Of a stretch of DNA of 64,000 nucleotides, positions 38,515 through 47,240 are shown one piece after another (positions within the stretch are counted from its first letter, which is position 1; each line of letters begins with the position of its first letter). Origin of the DNA: a virus; IMG/VR virus record IMGVR_UViG_3300023179_000032, positions 32,001 to 96,000 of that record; one strand, 5' to 3'. The notes below the pieces were generated by a model. It had not been told where the DNA came from and did no database searches. It was given only the letters and a program-made list of their open reading frames with translations. Position numbers and translations under genes: made by a program.

Positions 38515-38518
38515 CCAT

Positions 38519-39442
38519 ATGAAAGTTAATGAATTATTATCCGAAACAGAGTTAGATGAATTTATTGGTACTCTTGGTGCTGCTTTAGGTCTTGGTGCTA
38601 AAGCAATAGGTGGATTGATGCGTGGAGCAAGAAATGTTCCTAAAAACATATCTAAAGTACCTGTACCTACAGTACCTACTGCTAAACAAGCAACTAAAAT
38701 AGCAAAACAGCAATATAAAGATAGCTGGCTGAATAAATTGGGATTTTCTAAAAATACAACTGTTGGAAAATGGCGTATTGACAGTATGAAAAAAGCGGTT
38801 CAAAAAAGAGGTATGAAAAATCAAGCAAAAGCAATACAGCACAATATGGAAGTAGCTACTTCTATACAGGACAAGATGGCTAACTTGGGACTAAGTGTTG
38901 TAAGTACAGGCTTTTTCTTTTATGCTACTTATGATTATTTGATGAGTCGTTGGGCATTAGATCCTAATGATCCTAATTATGATGCTCAATTGGCTAAGTT
39001 GAATGCTGAATTTCTAATGGGATTTCTTGTGCCTAAAGTAATAGGAAGTATAGGCAAAATTAGTTCTGGTCTAGTAGGTAGATTAATGAAGATGACTGGG
39101 CTACCTAAAGCAGGCGAAATGGCTGCTAGATGGGGACGTCATGTATCACGTGTTGGTGAAGTAGCTGCTATGGCATGGCTTCGAACTGATGCTGGAAAAA
39201 AATGGTTTGCACAAACTTTTGCAGCAGCCATGGGGTTATTTACAGATGCAGGATATGCTTTAGAAGGTTTATTTAAACTTGTCAGTGATGTTGTTAAAGA
39301 TCCTGAGGGCTTTGTAAAAGATTTATGGGATAAAATTAAATTGCCTAAGGTGCATGATGCTTATGCAGGAACATCAGCTGCTGGTAGTATAACAAAAATG
39401 GTTCCAGATATAGTTACATCAAAGGAAGGCCGCTTTTCTTAG
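38519..39442 (+). CDS. Hypothetical late protein (307 aa), candidate internal head/ejected protein
   Basis: Start reassigned from GTG 38483 to ATG 38519, downstream of the late promoter; N-terminal MKVNELLSETELDE followed by Gly/Ala-rich hydrophobic helices. Confidence 0.7.
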   Translation: MKVNELLSETELDEFIGTLGAALGLGAKAIGGLMRGARNVPKNISKVPVPTVPTAKQATKIAKQQYKDSWLNKLGFSKNTTVGKWRIDSMKKAVQKRGMKNQAKAIQHNMEVATSIQDKMANLGLSVVSTGFFFYATYDYLMSRWALDPNDPNYDAQLAKLNAEFLMGFLVPKVIGSIGKISSGLVGRLMKMTGLPKAGEMAARWGRHVSRVGEVAAMAWLRTDAGKKWFAQTFAAAMGLFTDAGYALEGLFKLVSDVVKDPEGFVKDLWDKIKLPKVHDAYAGTSAAGSITKMVPDIVTSKEGRFS

Positions 39443-39653
39443 TAAGTTCTATATTTTCTTTAATGATATTATTCATTATTTGTCTATCTTCAAAAGTATA
39501 GATATGAAATAGATCCTGAGAACTTACACCTCCTCGCATATACCAACTTATACTAAAGATATCATCCTTAATCTGTTTGATCTGTAGTTCAAAGCTGTCA
39601 AGAAAATCTTTGATCTCAGAGTCAGGGATATAGATCAGTTTCGTTCGAAAAAA
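39414..39653 (-). CDS. gp51-like baseplate-hub/tail assembly chaperone frame, probably expressed as a -1 frameshift fusion to gp26
   Basis: Absent from the ORF track. The -1 frame from the T-TTT-TTC heptamer reads FFRTKLIYIPDSEIKDFLDSFELQIKQIKDDIFSISWYMRGGVSSQDLFHIYTFEDRQIMNNIIKENIELTKKSGLPLM*. The first ATG is only at 39539. Confidence 0.7.
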   Translation of the reverse strand, partial: FFRTKLIYIPDSEIKDFLDSFELQIKQIKDDIFSISWYMRGGVSSQDLFHIYTFEDRQIMNNIIKENIELTKKSGLPLM

Positions 39654-40474
39654 CTTGATTGATCCAAAGTAACTACTACTTTACTTTGATGTTCACATTC
39701 TGGACAGGTCACATCTTGTTGTGGAACATCCCATTGTGCTTTATTTTGTTCTAATTTATTTTTAATGTGTTTAAAATATTCTTTATCACTATTCTGAATC
39801 CATTCTTTGATAAAGGCTTTGTCAGTGACAATACCATCTGGAGTTTCAATAGCTTCAATACTTTGTTCAAATAAATTTAACTGTAAATTACTAATTCTTT
39901 GAAATACTTCGTTTTGACTTTTTATAGTACCGTCATCATCACCTTGACTTTCCATCCTATTAAGTTGACTCAGCATTTTTTGAAGTTTATAATTTTCAAT
40001 ATTAAACTCTGTAGTTTCCTCATAGCGTAGTGGCCTAATTACTACATTAAGATCATGGCAAGGAATCCTATTATCATAGGTTTGGCCGCTTAAGTATTCT
40101 ATCACTCTGCTTAGATCAATTTCATAGTCATTAATACTTTGACAGTTTGGACAACGATGTGTTATGCTCATCATTGCCCCAAAGGTAGCAATTCGTATAC
40201 TGGCCAACAAACAATCTACATCAATGCTGGGCATTTTCCAAGCATTTTTAATAGTAGGACAGCAACTTTCTATGGTTTTTACCACTGCATCACCAGTAAA
40301 AAGTGCATCTGGAGTTTTCATAATGATTTCATCCATTCCAGTCATACCGTAGATTGGTATATTTACAGGTTTGCCTTCTAGACTACCTTCTTCGTAAAAT
40401 GCTCCTTTACTGGGCAAATCAATATGAATTTTAGGCTGTCTAAAATATTTTTGTAATGGATTTTTGTTGTTCAT
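39635..40474 (-). CDS. gp26: Baseplate hub assembly chaperone gp26-like
   Basis: NPLQKYFRQPKIHIDLPSKG..., two CxxC pairs (CPNC, CPEC) and C-terminal SSFF; divergent from the tape-measure-like gene. Confidence 0.75.
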   Translation of the reverse strand: MNNKNPLQKYFRQPKIHIDLPSKGAFYEEGSLEGKPVNIPIYGMTGMDEIIMKTPDALFTGDAVVKTIESCCPTIKNAWKMPSIDVDCLLASIRIATFGAMMSITHRCPNCQSINDYEIDLSRVIEYLSGQTYDNRIPCHDLNVVIRPLRYEETTEFNIENYKLQKMLSQLNRMESQGDDDGTIKSQNEVFQRISNLQLNLFEQSIEAIETPDGIVTDKAFIKEWIQNSDKEYFKHIKNKLEQNKAQWDVPQQDVTCPECEHQSKVVVTLDQSSFFERN

Positions 40475-40483
40475 CTTTACTCC

Positions 40484-40508
40484 ATAAATATATAGGCAAT
40501 TATTTATA
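40484..40508. promoter_or_regulatory. Face-to-face pair of late promoters: ATAAATA (+, 40484-40490) and TATAAATA (-, 40501-40508)
   Basis: Inverted arrangement in the 60-nt gap between the divergent gp26 and tape-measure genes. Confidence 0.7.
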
Positions 40509-40534
40509 AGTCGTAAAAATCACCGGAAAAATAT

Positions 40535-43500
40535 ATGGCAGATGAAAAAGGTATAGTAGGTAAAACTGTAGATCAAGTTAAGAAGTTGGGTACTGCTGCG
40601 GAAAAGGTAGTTACCCCACTTCAGAAGATGAATGAAGTATTCGAGAATTTAAGCACAACGGGGAATACTTTTGGCAATGACATAATAAAGATGCAAATTG
40701 CTGCTGCGAATTCTCGTATGCCTTTGGAAGATTTTGCCAAATTATTACAAGAAAATAATACAACAATGGGAACTTTGGCCGGTAGCGTGGGCAAAGGTTC
40801 TCAGGTATTTGCAGATCTAGCCAAGTCATTTCATGCCAGCGGACTAGCAGAAAATCTTAGACAGATGGGATTTAGTTCACGTGAGCTGAATGAAGTATTG
40901 GCTCTACAGGTAGGATTCCAAAAAAGTACATATGAAAACAGTGTAGAAGGACAGAAGAAAGCCACTGCCGCTGCTGCATCCTTAGCCATGGAGATGGATG
41001 CATTAACACAAATCACTGGACAAAGTCGTAAAGATCAGGAGGAAAATTTAAAGAAAGTTCAGGCTGATATGAAGCTTGAATCTAAGTTTAGAATGATTGG
41101 CGCCATGTACGGTGCTGATAAGGAGAAAGAAGCTAGAGATAATTTTGCTGCCAACTATACTCAAATGGCAGCAAAAGGTATGGGGGATCTTTATAAGGAA
41201 GTATTTGCCACAGGTACTACCATGACTAAAGGCGCTCAAGCTCAACAGAGTATGTTTGGTAAAGCTGGTCTGGCCGCTGCTAAAAGTGCTGTAGAGCTTA
41301 GTAGAGGAAATAGTGAATTAGCTAAGGTTTATAATGAACGTGCTCAGGTAGAAGTAATGGCTCTACAAAAAAGCAGAGCATTTTTAGCAGCAGGTATTTG
41401 GGCTACTGGTGATATAGGTGAAGCTGTACGTGGTAACATCAAGGCCAATGATACAGCTTTCCATGGTATGCAGCAGACCATGAAAGAGCATAAAATTGCC
41501 ACCAATGACATCACTGAGGCATTGAAAAAACAACGTGAAGAGATTAAGAAAGAACAAGATGCTCGCAGCGGCGTAACACAAAGTATTAGAACATTTGGCA
41601 TTGTAATGGATGATGTAAGAGCAGCCATTGCCAACAGATTATTAACTAATATTAACAAAGAATTAAACAAGCCTGGTTTAGACGCATCAGGTCAATTTTT
41701 ACAAACTAAACCAGGCGAAGATCCCAGAAAAAGAGCCCAATTGTATGCAGATGCTCTAGAGAAGGAAGCAGCAGGTGACAAGGCTAATAAATTAACCCCT
41801 GCCAGTAGGCAAAAGTTAATTGAAGAAGTAATTGGACAATATGGTGGTGATTTAGCCACACAACTTTTAGGATTCAGTGCTAAAGCAGCAGTAAGTGCCT
41901 TTAAAGGTGACTTAAAAGAAACATTAAGAGAAGGGTTTAATCAACTAACTGTAGGAACAATTAATGTAGGTGAAATCAAACAAGGCAAGGAAGGTAGAGC
42001 TGGTGGTACATTAGGCGAAACAGGAAGAGTAGTTGAGCCTAAAGATGTTCATGCTCTGTTGCACAAAGGTGAAATGGTACTCACACAGGAACAACAGAAA
42101 AATCTTATATCTAATGTAAGGACTGAAGCTATAGCTGATATAATGGCAAAAATTCAAAATCAAGCAACAGTATCACAACCAGGAAAGTTACCTAGTATAG
42201 ATTTAAACAAATTTGCCAAGGATATTGCTACAACAACTAGTAAGGTTGAAGTACAAAATTGGCCTAAAGAATTTAAAGTTGCTGATGGTGCAGCAACAGC
42301 TGGAGCTCAAAAACCTGCTGAACAAAAACCTGCTGAAAAGAAAGAAGAAACTAAACCAACTGAAACAAAAGCAGAAAAGGCCAGTAAAGTAGCAGAAGAA
42401 GTATTGATCAAATCGGGTGATACTCTTAGCGGCCTAGCTAAGAAATATGGTACCAGTGTAGCAGAAATAATGAAGGCTAATCCTGCTATTAAGGATGCTA
42501 ATAAAATTTTAGCCGGCGCAAAATTAACTATACCAGGACAAGAAAAGAAAGAAGAAACTAAAAAAGAAGAAAAGAAAGACGAGAAGAAAACAGAGCAGGC
42601 TACTATATCTGATGCCGATGCTAGAAAATCTTGGCGTGAAAGAGAAGCTAAAACATTAGAAAAACAAACTCCTACTCAGGCCAGTGTACGAGCTGTAGAT
42701 AATGCTATAGATAAAAAGCCTAAGGAAGATACCAAATCAAACTATACAGAAACAAGTAAAACTACAGTAAAAGTTAATGGTAAAGAAGTTGACCCCAATA
42801 GTCAAGAAGGTAAAAATGCTGTAGCTTTCTTAAAAGAAAAAGAAGAAAAATTAAACAAGGCAATGAGTGAAGGTTTTGATCCGCAAAAAATTGCCACTGC
42901 CCTACAAAGTCAAGTTTCGGCATCTGTACAAAAAGATACTGGTGGCGGGGATAATGTAGTTCGTCGTAATGCTGAAGAAGCAGCGCAGGAAAATAATAAG
43001 TTTAAGATAAAAGTAGAACAGGATTATAACGATCATTGGGTTAAAACTAGAGACGAAGCTGCTCAAAAAATTGTTGATTTAGAGAAAAAAGCTGCTACCG
43101 AAACTCTTACTAAACGTGAACAAAATGAGTTGACTTTTCAAAAAAATCTAAAAGCACAAGCAGATGAGGAAATAGCTACAAGCACTGCTAATTTAGAAAT
43201 ATTTAAAAATCTCGGCAAGGAAATGGGTAAGGCAATTACGTCACCATTAACTGATGCTAAGGAAGAAATTAAATCTAATAGTGAAAAAATCAAAGAGGAT
43301 ATGAAGGAAGCACTGCCAGTTCAAGGTATGCGAGATAAGACTGAAGAAGCAGAGCAGGAGAAGAAACGAGAAGAACTCTATCAACGCCAAATGGAGAGAC
43401 AGGCAAAAATAAACGATTTAGCCAAGGCCAAAGAAGCTGCTACTGAACGAGGAGATCAAGCAAGCGCAGCTATGGACACTATGATGGCTAAAGGGCAGAG

Positions 43501-45235
43501 AGAAGGCAAGAGCAAAGAAGAAATTGAAGGCAGTGAAGCATTTAAAAAAGCTAATCAAGAAATGAAACAGGCTTATAGGGAAGCTGAAAATATCAGTAAA
43601 GATATGGGCAAGCTAATAGTAGCGCCATTAACTGATGCTAAGGAAGAAGTTAAGTCTAATAGTGAAAAAATCAAAGAGGGTATGAAGGAAGCACTGCCAG
43701 TTCAAGGTATAAGAGACAAGACTGAAGAAATGAACAAATTGGCAGAGAGAAGAACAGAAATTGAAGAAAGACTCCTAGAGCGTCAAGGTGAAGTAGATGG
43801 ACTAAAGGCCTTGGCTAATGAGAGAGCACTAACAGAAGAAGAACAGGCACAACTAAAATTAGCTGAAAATGGTGTGATAAGAGCTCAGAATAATCTTAAA
43901 TCTAATCTAGAACAACAGGAAGAATTAGCAGCAGCATTAGGAATTGCCAAAAAAGATTCAGATAGTAAAATCCTTGAACAAACAAAACAGGCCAATCAAG
44001 AAATGAGCAAGATAATAGTAGCGCCATTAACTGATGCTAAGGAAGAAGTTAAGTCTAATAGTGAAAAAATCAAAGAGGATATGAAGGAAGCACTACCAGT
44101 TCAAGGTATGAGAGACAAGACTGAAGAAATGAACAAATTGGCAGAGAGAAGAACAGAAATTGAAGAAAGACTCCTAGAGCGTCAAGGTGAAGTAGACGGA
44201 CTAAAAGCTCTAGCTAATGAAAGAGCACTGACAGAAGAAGAACAGGCACAGTTGAAGTTGGCGGAAAACGGTGTAATAAGAGCTCAGAATAATCTTAAAT
44301 CTAATCTAGAACAACAGGAAGAATTAGCAGCAGCATTAGGAATAGCCAAAAAAGAAACAGATGAAAAGATACTTGAACAAACAGAAGAAGCTAATAAGGC
44401 ACAGGTTGAAAGCTATGGTGGATTAACTGATTCAGTAATTGCTGCTCGTGACAAGTTTATGGAGGAGTTGAATGAGGCTCCTCAAGGTGAAGGATCAATG
44501 GACAGTGCCTTTGCTAGGGATGAATATGGTGAAGGTGGTGATGCTATTGGCGGTGAAATGAACAGTGCCTTTGCTAAAGATGAATATAGTGCATTTAAAG
44601 ATTTAACTAGTCAAGTACAGGGCTTGACTGATAGTCAAATGTTAGAGGCTAATGAAGAACCACAAGGTGAAGGATCAATGGACAGTGCCTTTGCTGAAGA
44701 TGAAGATGACTATGTAAGTCAAGCATTGAAGAATATTTCATCACAACTACCACAGACTATGGATTCAACAGCTGATGATGCTGCCTATGCTGCCGGCCCT
44801 GGTGATACTGGTACAGGTGATGCCAGTGTAGCTGAAGCAATGGCCAAAAAACCAGCTAAAGGACCAGCTAGTGAGGCTAATTTCGCTCCAATTAGCATGG
44901 GTGATTTTACATTAGGGCCTAATGGATTACCTACACCTAAGCCAAAGGCTGAAGCTAAGAATATACCAAACGAAGTTAAGAAGGATGAGAAAAAGGCGCA
45001 GGAAGATAAAAAAGCAAAAGATGCACAGAAGAAAGCAGATAAAGATGGAAAGAAACAGGATCAAAAAACTACTGAAACTACACAGAAGAAAGAAAATAAA
45101 ACTCTAGACGATGTTGTAAAGACGCTGGAAACATTAAATAGTAACATGAATAGACTAATAAACAAAGTAGAAGAAACTGGAAAAAACCAAGTCAATGCTA
45201 CAAAGAGTATGAATGGAAATTTATTTAATAGGTAA
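40535..45235 (+). CDS. Tape-measure-like protein with internal LysM domain (1566 aa)
   Basis: Long Ala/Lys/Glu-rich helical protein next to gp26; RAGG..GE...LHKGEMVLT motif; LysM IKSGDTLSGLAKKYGTSVAEIMKANPAIKDANKILAGAKLTIP at about 42401-42537. Confidence 0.7.
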   Translation: MADEKGIVGKTVDQVKKLGTAAEKVVTPLQKMNEVFENLSTTGNTFGNDIIKMQIAAANSRMPLEDFAKLLQENNTTMGTLAGSVGKGSQVFADLAKSFHASGLAENLRQMGFSSRELNEVLALQVGFQKSTYENSVEGQKKATAAAASLAMEMDALTQITGQSRKDQEENLKKVQADMKLESKFRMIGAMYGADKEKEARDNFAANYTQMAAKGMGDLYKEVFATGTTMTKGAQAQQSMFGKAGLAAAKSAVELSRGNSELAKVYNERAQVEVMALQKSRAFLAAGIWATGDIGEAVRGNIKANDTAFHGMQQTMKEHKIATNDITEALKKQREEIKKEQDARSGVTQSIRTFGIVMDDVRAAIANRLLTNINKELNKPGLDASGQFLQTKPGEDPRKRAQLYADALEKEAAGDKANKLTPASRQKLIEEVIGQYGGDLATQLLGFSAKAAVSAFKGDLKETLREGFNQLTVGTINVGEIKQGKEGRAGGTLGETGRVVEPKDVHALLHKGEMVLTQEQQKNLISNVRTEAIADIMAKIQNQATVSQPGKLPSIDLNKFAKDIATTTSKVEVQNWPKEFKVADGAATAGAQKPAEQKPAEKKEETKPTETKAEKASKVAEEVLIKSGDTLSGLAKKYGTSVAEIMKANPAIKDANKILAGAKLTIPGQEKKEETKKEEKKDEKKTEQATISDADARKSWREREAKTLEKQTPTQASVRAVDNAIDKKPKEDTKSNYTETSKTTVKVNGKEVDPNSQEGKNAVAFLKEKEEKLNKAMSEGFDPQKIATALQSQVSASVQKDTGGGDNVVRRNAEEAAQENNKFKIKVEQDYNDHWVKTRDEAAQKIVDLEKKAATETLTKREQNELTFQKNLKAQADEEIATSTANLEIFKNLGKEMGKAITSPLTDAKEEIKSNSEKIKEDMKEALPVQGMRDKTEEAEQEKKREELYQRQMERQAKINDLAKAKEAATERGDQASAAMDTMMAKGQREGKSKEEIEGSEAFKKANQEMKQAYREAENISKDMGKLIVAPLTDAKEEVKSNSEKIKEGMKEALPVQGIRDKTEEMNKLAERRTEIEERLLERQGEVDGLKALANERALTEEEQAQLKLAENGVIRAQNNLKSNLEQQEELAAALGIAKKDSDSKILEQTKQANQEMSKIIVAPLTDAKEEVKSNSEKIKEDMKEALPVQGMRDKTEEMNKLAERRTEIEERLLERQGEVDGLKALANERALTEEEQAQLKLAENGVIRAQNNLKSNLEQQEELAAALGIAKKETDEKILEQTEEANKAQVESYGGLTDSVIAARDKFMEELNEAPQGEGSMDSAFARDEYGEGGDAIGGEMNSAFAKDEYSAFKDLTSQVQGLTDSQMLEANEEPQGEGSMDSAFAEDEDDYVSQALKNISSQLPQTMDSTADDAAYAAGPGDTGTGDASVAEAMAKKPAKGPASEANFAPISMGDFTLGPNGLPTPKPKAEAKNIPNEVKKDEKKAQEDKKAKDAQKKADKDGKKQDQKTTETTQKKENKTLDDVVKTLETLNSNMNRLINKVEETGKNQVNATKSMNGNLFNR
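43241..44355 (+). repeat. Internal direct repeats of the tape-measure gene (381-bp then 399-bp period)
   Basis: CCATTAACTGATGCTAAGGAAGAA block near 43244, 43625 and 44024; copies 2 and 3 share about 345 bp with mostly synonymous differences. Confidence 0.9.
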
Positions 45236-45240
45236 AGCAT

Positions 45241-46968
45241 ATGAGTTGGCGTAGATATTTTAAACCAGTTGATACTAGCAATCAATCAGGACTGAGTGTT
45301 ATAAGTGGCTTGGCCAATGGTCAAAGACCAGGACCAGCACGTAGTAATTACAGCAGTTTCCTGCCTGATATCTATGTTGGTACACCAAATCGTATTGAAA
45401 GATATATGCAATACGATACCATGGATATGGATCCAGAAGTCAATGCTGCCCTAGATATTCTTGCAGAATTTTGTACCCAGAAGAATAAAGAAAATAATAC
45501 TACATTTAGTCTAAGCTTCAAAGATCGTGCTACAAATACAGAAATTCGTGTGCTACGTGAATACTTACAACAATGGTTCAAGTTACAACAATTTGACACA
45601 AGATTTTTTCGTATAGTAAGAAATACATTTAAGTTTGGTGATAGTTGGTTTATTCGTGACCCAGAAACACAAAAATGGTTTTATGTTGACCCAAGTAAGA
45701 TGGTTAAAATCATTGTTAATGAAAGCGATGGAAAGAAGCCAGAACAGTATGTTATTCGTGACCTAAACCCAAATTTTAAAAATCTTGTAGCCACACAGAT
45801 ACAACAAAGTCCTCATCAAACTAACAATCGTGGTAGTAATTATGTAGCTGGTGGAGGTATGGCTCGTGGTGCCACAGGTGCATACCCAACACAATACGGT
45901 GATCGTTTTAGTATTAATGAGAATGAAGTGGCTATTGATGCTTCACATGTGATTCACCTCAGTTTAAGTGAAGGATTAGATAATAACTATCCATTTGGTA
46001 ATAGTTTGCTTGAACAAGTTTTTAAAGTTTATAAACAAAAAGAATTATTAGAAGATGCTATTTTAATCTATCGTATACAACGTGCTCCAGAGCGTAGAAT
46101 ATTCTATATTGATGTGGGAAATATGCCCAGTCATATGGCTATGAGCTTTGTAGAACGTGTTAAAAATGAAATACATCAGCGTCGTATTCCTAGTCAAAAT
46201 GGCGGCGGTATGAATATTATTGACAGTGCCTACAATCCACTGAGCATCGGTGAAGATTACTTCTTCCCACAAACTGAAGGTGGTAGAGGCAGTAAGGTAG
46301 AAACACTAGCAGGTGGTCAAAATCTTGGTGAAATTGACGATTTAAGATATTTTACTAACAAATTGTTTAGAGCCTTGCGTATACCAAGCAGTTACTTGCC
46401 TAGTGGACCAGATGATGGACAACAACAATATAACGATGGTCGTGTAGGTACAGCCTATATTCAAGAATTGCGTTTTAACAATTATTGTATGAGATTACAA
46501 AGTTTGTTGACCACAGCATTTGATGAGGAATTTAAGCGTTTTTTATACAATAGAGGTGTCAATATTGACACAAGTTTATTTGAGATTAAGTTTCAAAGTC
46601 CATTAAATTTTGCTGCATATCGTCAAAGCGAAATGGATGGACAAAGAATTAATACATTTAGCACCATACAACAAGTACCATATATCAGTAAGCGTTTTGC
46701 CTTAAAGAGATTCTTAGGATTAACTGAAGAAGAGATGGCAGAAAATGAAAATCTATGGCGTCAAGAGAAAGGCATGGCACCTATTACTGGTACTGATGCT
46801 AGTGGTGAATTACGTGGTGCAGGGTTGAGCGCAGCAGGAATTGACAGTGATCTTGAACTAGCAGGAGATACAGAAGCTCCTGAAGATATGACAGCTGGTA
46901 TGGCTGGACAACCATTAGCAGCACCGCAAACAGGCATAGCAAGCCCAATGTCAGCTCCGCCAATGTAA
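45241..46968 (+). CDS. gp20: Portal protein gp20
   Basis: LLEDAILIYRIQRAPERRIFYIDVGNMP, EDYFFPQTEGGRGSKVETLAGGQNLGEIDDLRYFTNKLFRALRIPSS, ELRFNNYCMRLQ. Confidence 0.95.
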   Translation: MSWRRYFKPVDTSNQSGLSVISGLANGQRPGPARSNYSSFLPDIYVGTPNRIERYMQYDTMDMDPEVNAALDILAEFCTQKNKENNTTFSLSFKDRATNTEIRVLREYLQQWFKLQQFDTRFFRIVRNTFKFGDSWFIRDPETQKWFYVDPSKMVKIIVNESDGKKPEQYVIRDLNPNFKNLVATQIQQSPHQTNNRGSNYVAGGGMARGATGAYPTQYGDRFSINENEVAIDASHVIHLSLSEGLDNNYPFGNSLLEQVFKVYKQKELLEDAILIYRIQRAPERRIFYIDVGNMPSHMAMSFVERVKNEIHQRRIPSQNGGGMNIIDSAYNPLSIGEDYFFPQTEGGRGSKVETLAGGQNLGEIDDLRYFTNKLFRALRIPSSYLPSGPDDGQQQYNDGRVGTAYIQELRFNNYCMRLQSLLTTAFDEEFKRFLYNRGVNIDTSLFEIKFQSPLNFAAYRQSEMDGQRINTFSTIQQVPYISKRFALKRFLGLTEEEMAENENLWRQEKGMAPITGTDASGELRGAGLSAAGIDSDLELAGDTEAPEDMTAGMAGQPLAAPQTGIASPMSAPPM

Positions 46969-46974
46969 TAAATA
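46967..46974 (+). promoter_or_regulatory. T4-type late promoter (AATAAATA), probably leaderless
   Basis: Overlaps the portal stop codon; 4 nt upstream of the ATG at 46979. Confidence 0.7.
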
Positions 46975-46978
46975 CTAT

Positions 46979-47221
46979 ATGATTCTCAGAGAGTTATTTT
47001 ATCTAAATCCAGAAACACAAAAGATCAGCAATGACTTTAGGTTTGATTCTGCACGAGATTTAGAAGAATTACAGCGTAGTGACACAAGAAAAACCAGACT
47101 TACCTTAAGACAGATAAATGATTTACGTAAGGCATCGGAATCGCACATTTTAGAAGTAGAAGAAGAATTAGAATTCTTTCAAAAAATGTATGGTACTGAA
47201 CCTGCGCAGCCCACCGCTTAA
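46979..47221 (+). CDS. Small hypothetical head-module protein (80 aa)
   Basis: ORF with its own late promoter directly after the portal gene; RKTRLTLRQINDLRK motif. Confidence 0.7.
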   Translation: MILRELFYLNPETQKISNDFRFDSARDLEELQRSDTRKTRLTLRQINDLRKASESHILEVEEELEFFQKMYGTEPAQPTA

Positions 47222-47240
47222 TCATTTATAAAGGACAATT

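Noticed and set aside
38483-38518. GTG start at 38483 given by the ORF track
   Set aside because: It lies inside a hairpin and upstream of the TATAAATA promoter; the ATG at 38519 fits better.
43611-44355. Repeat pair as a DGR template/variable repeat or a CRISPR array
   Set aside because: Differences are mostly synonymous and go in both directions rather than being adenine-specific, both copies are in-frame in one gene, and no reverse transcriptase, spacers or cas genes are present.
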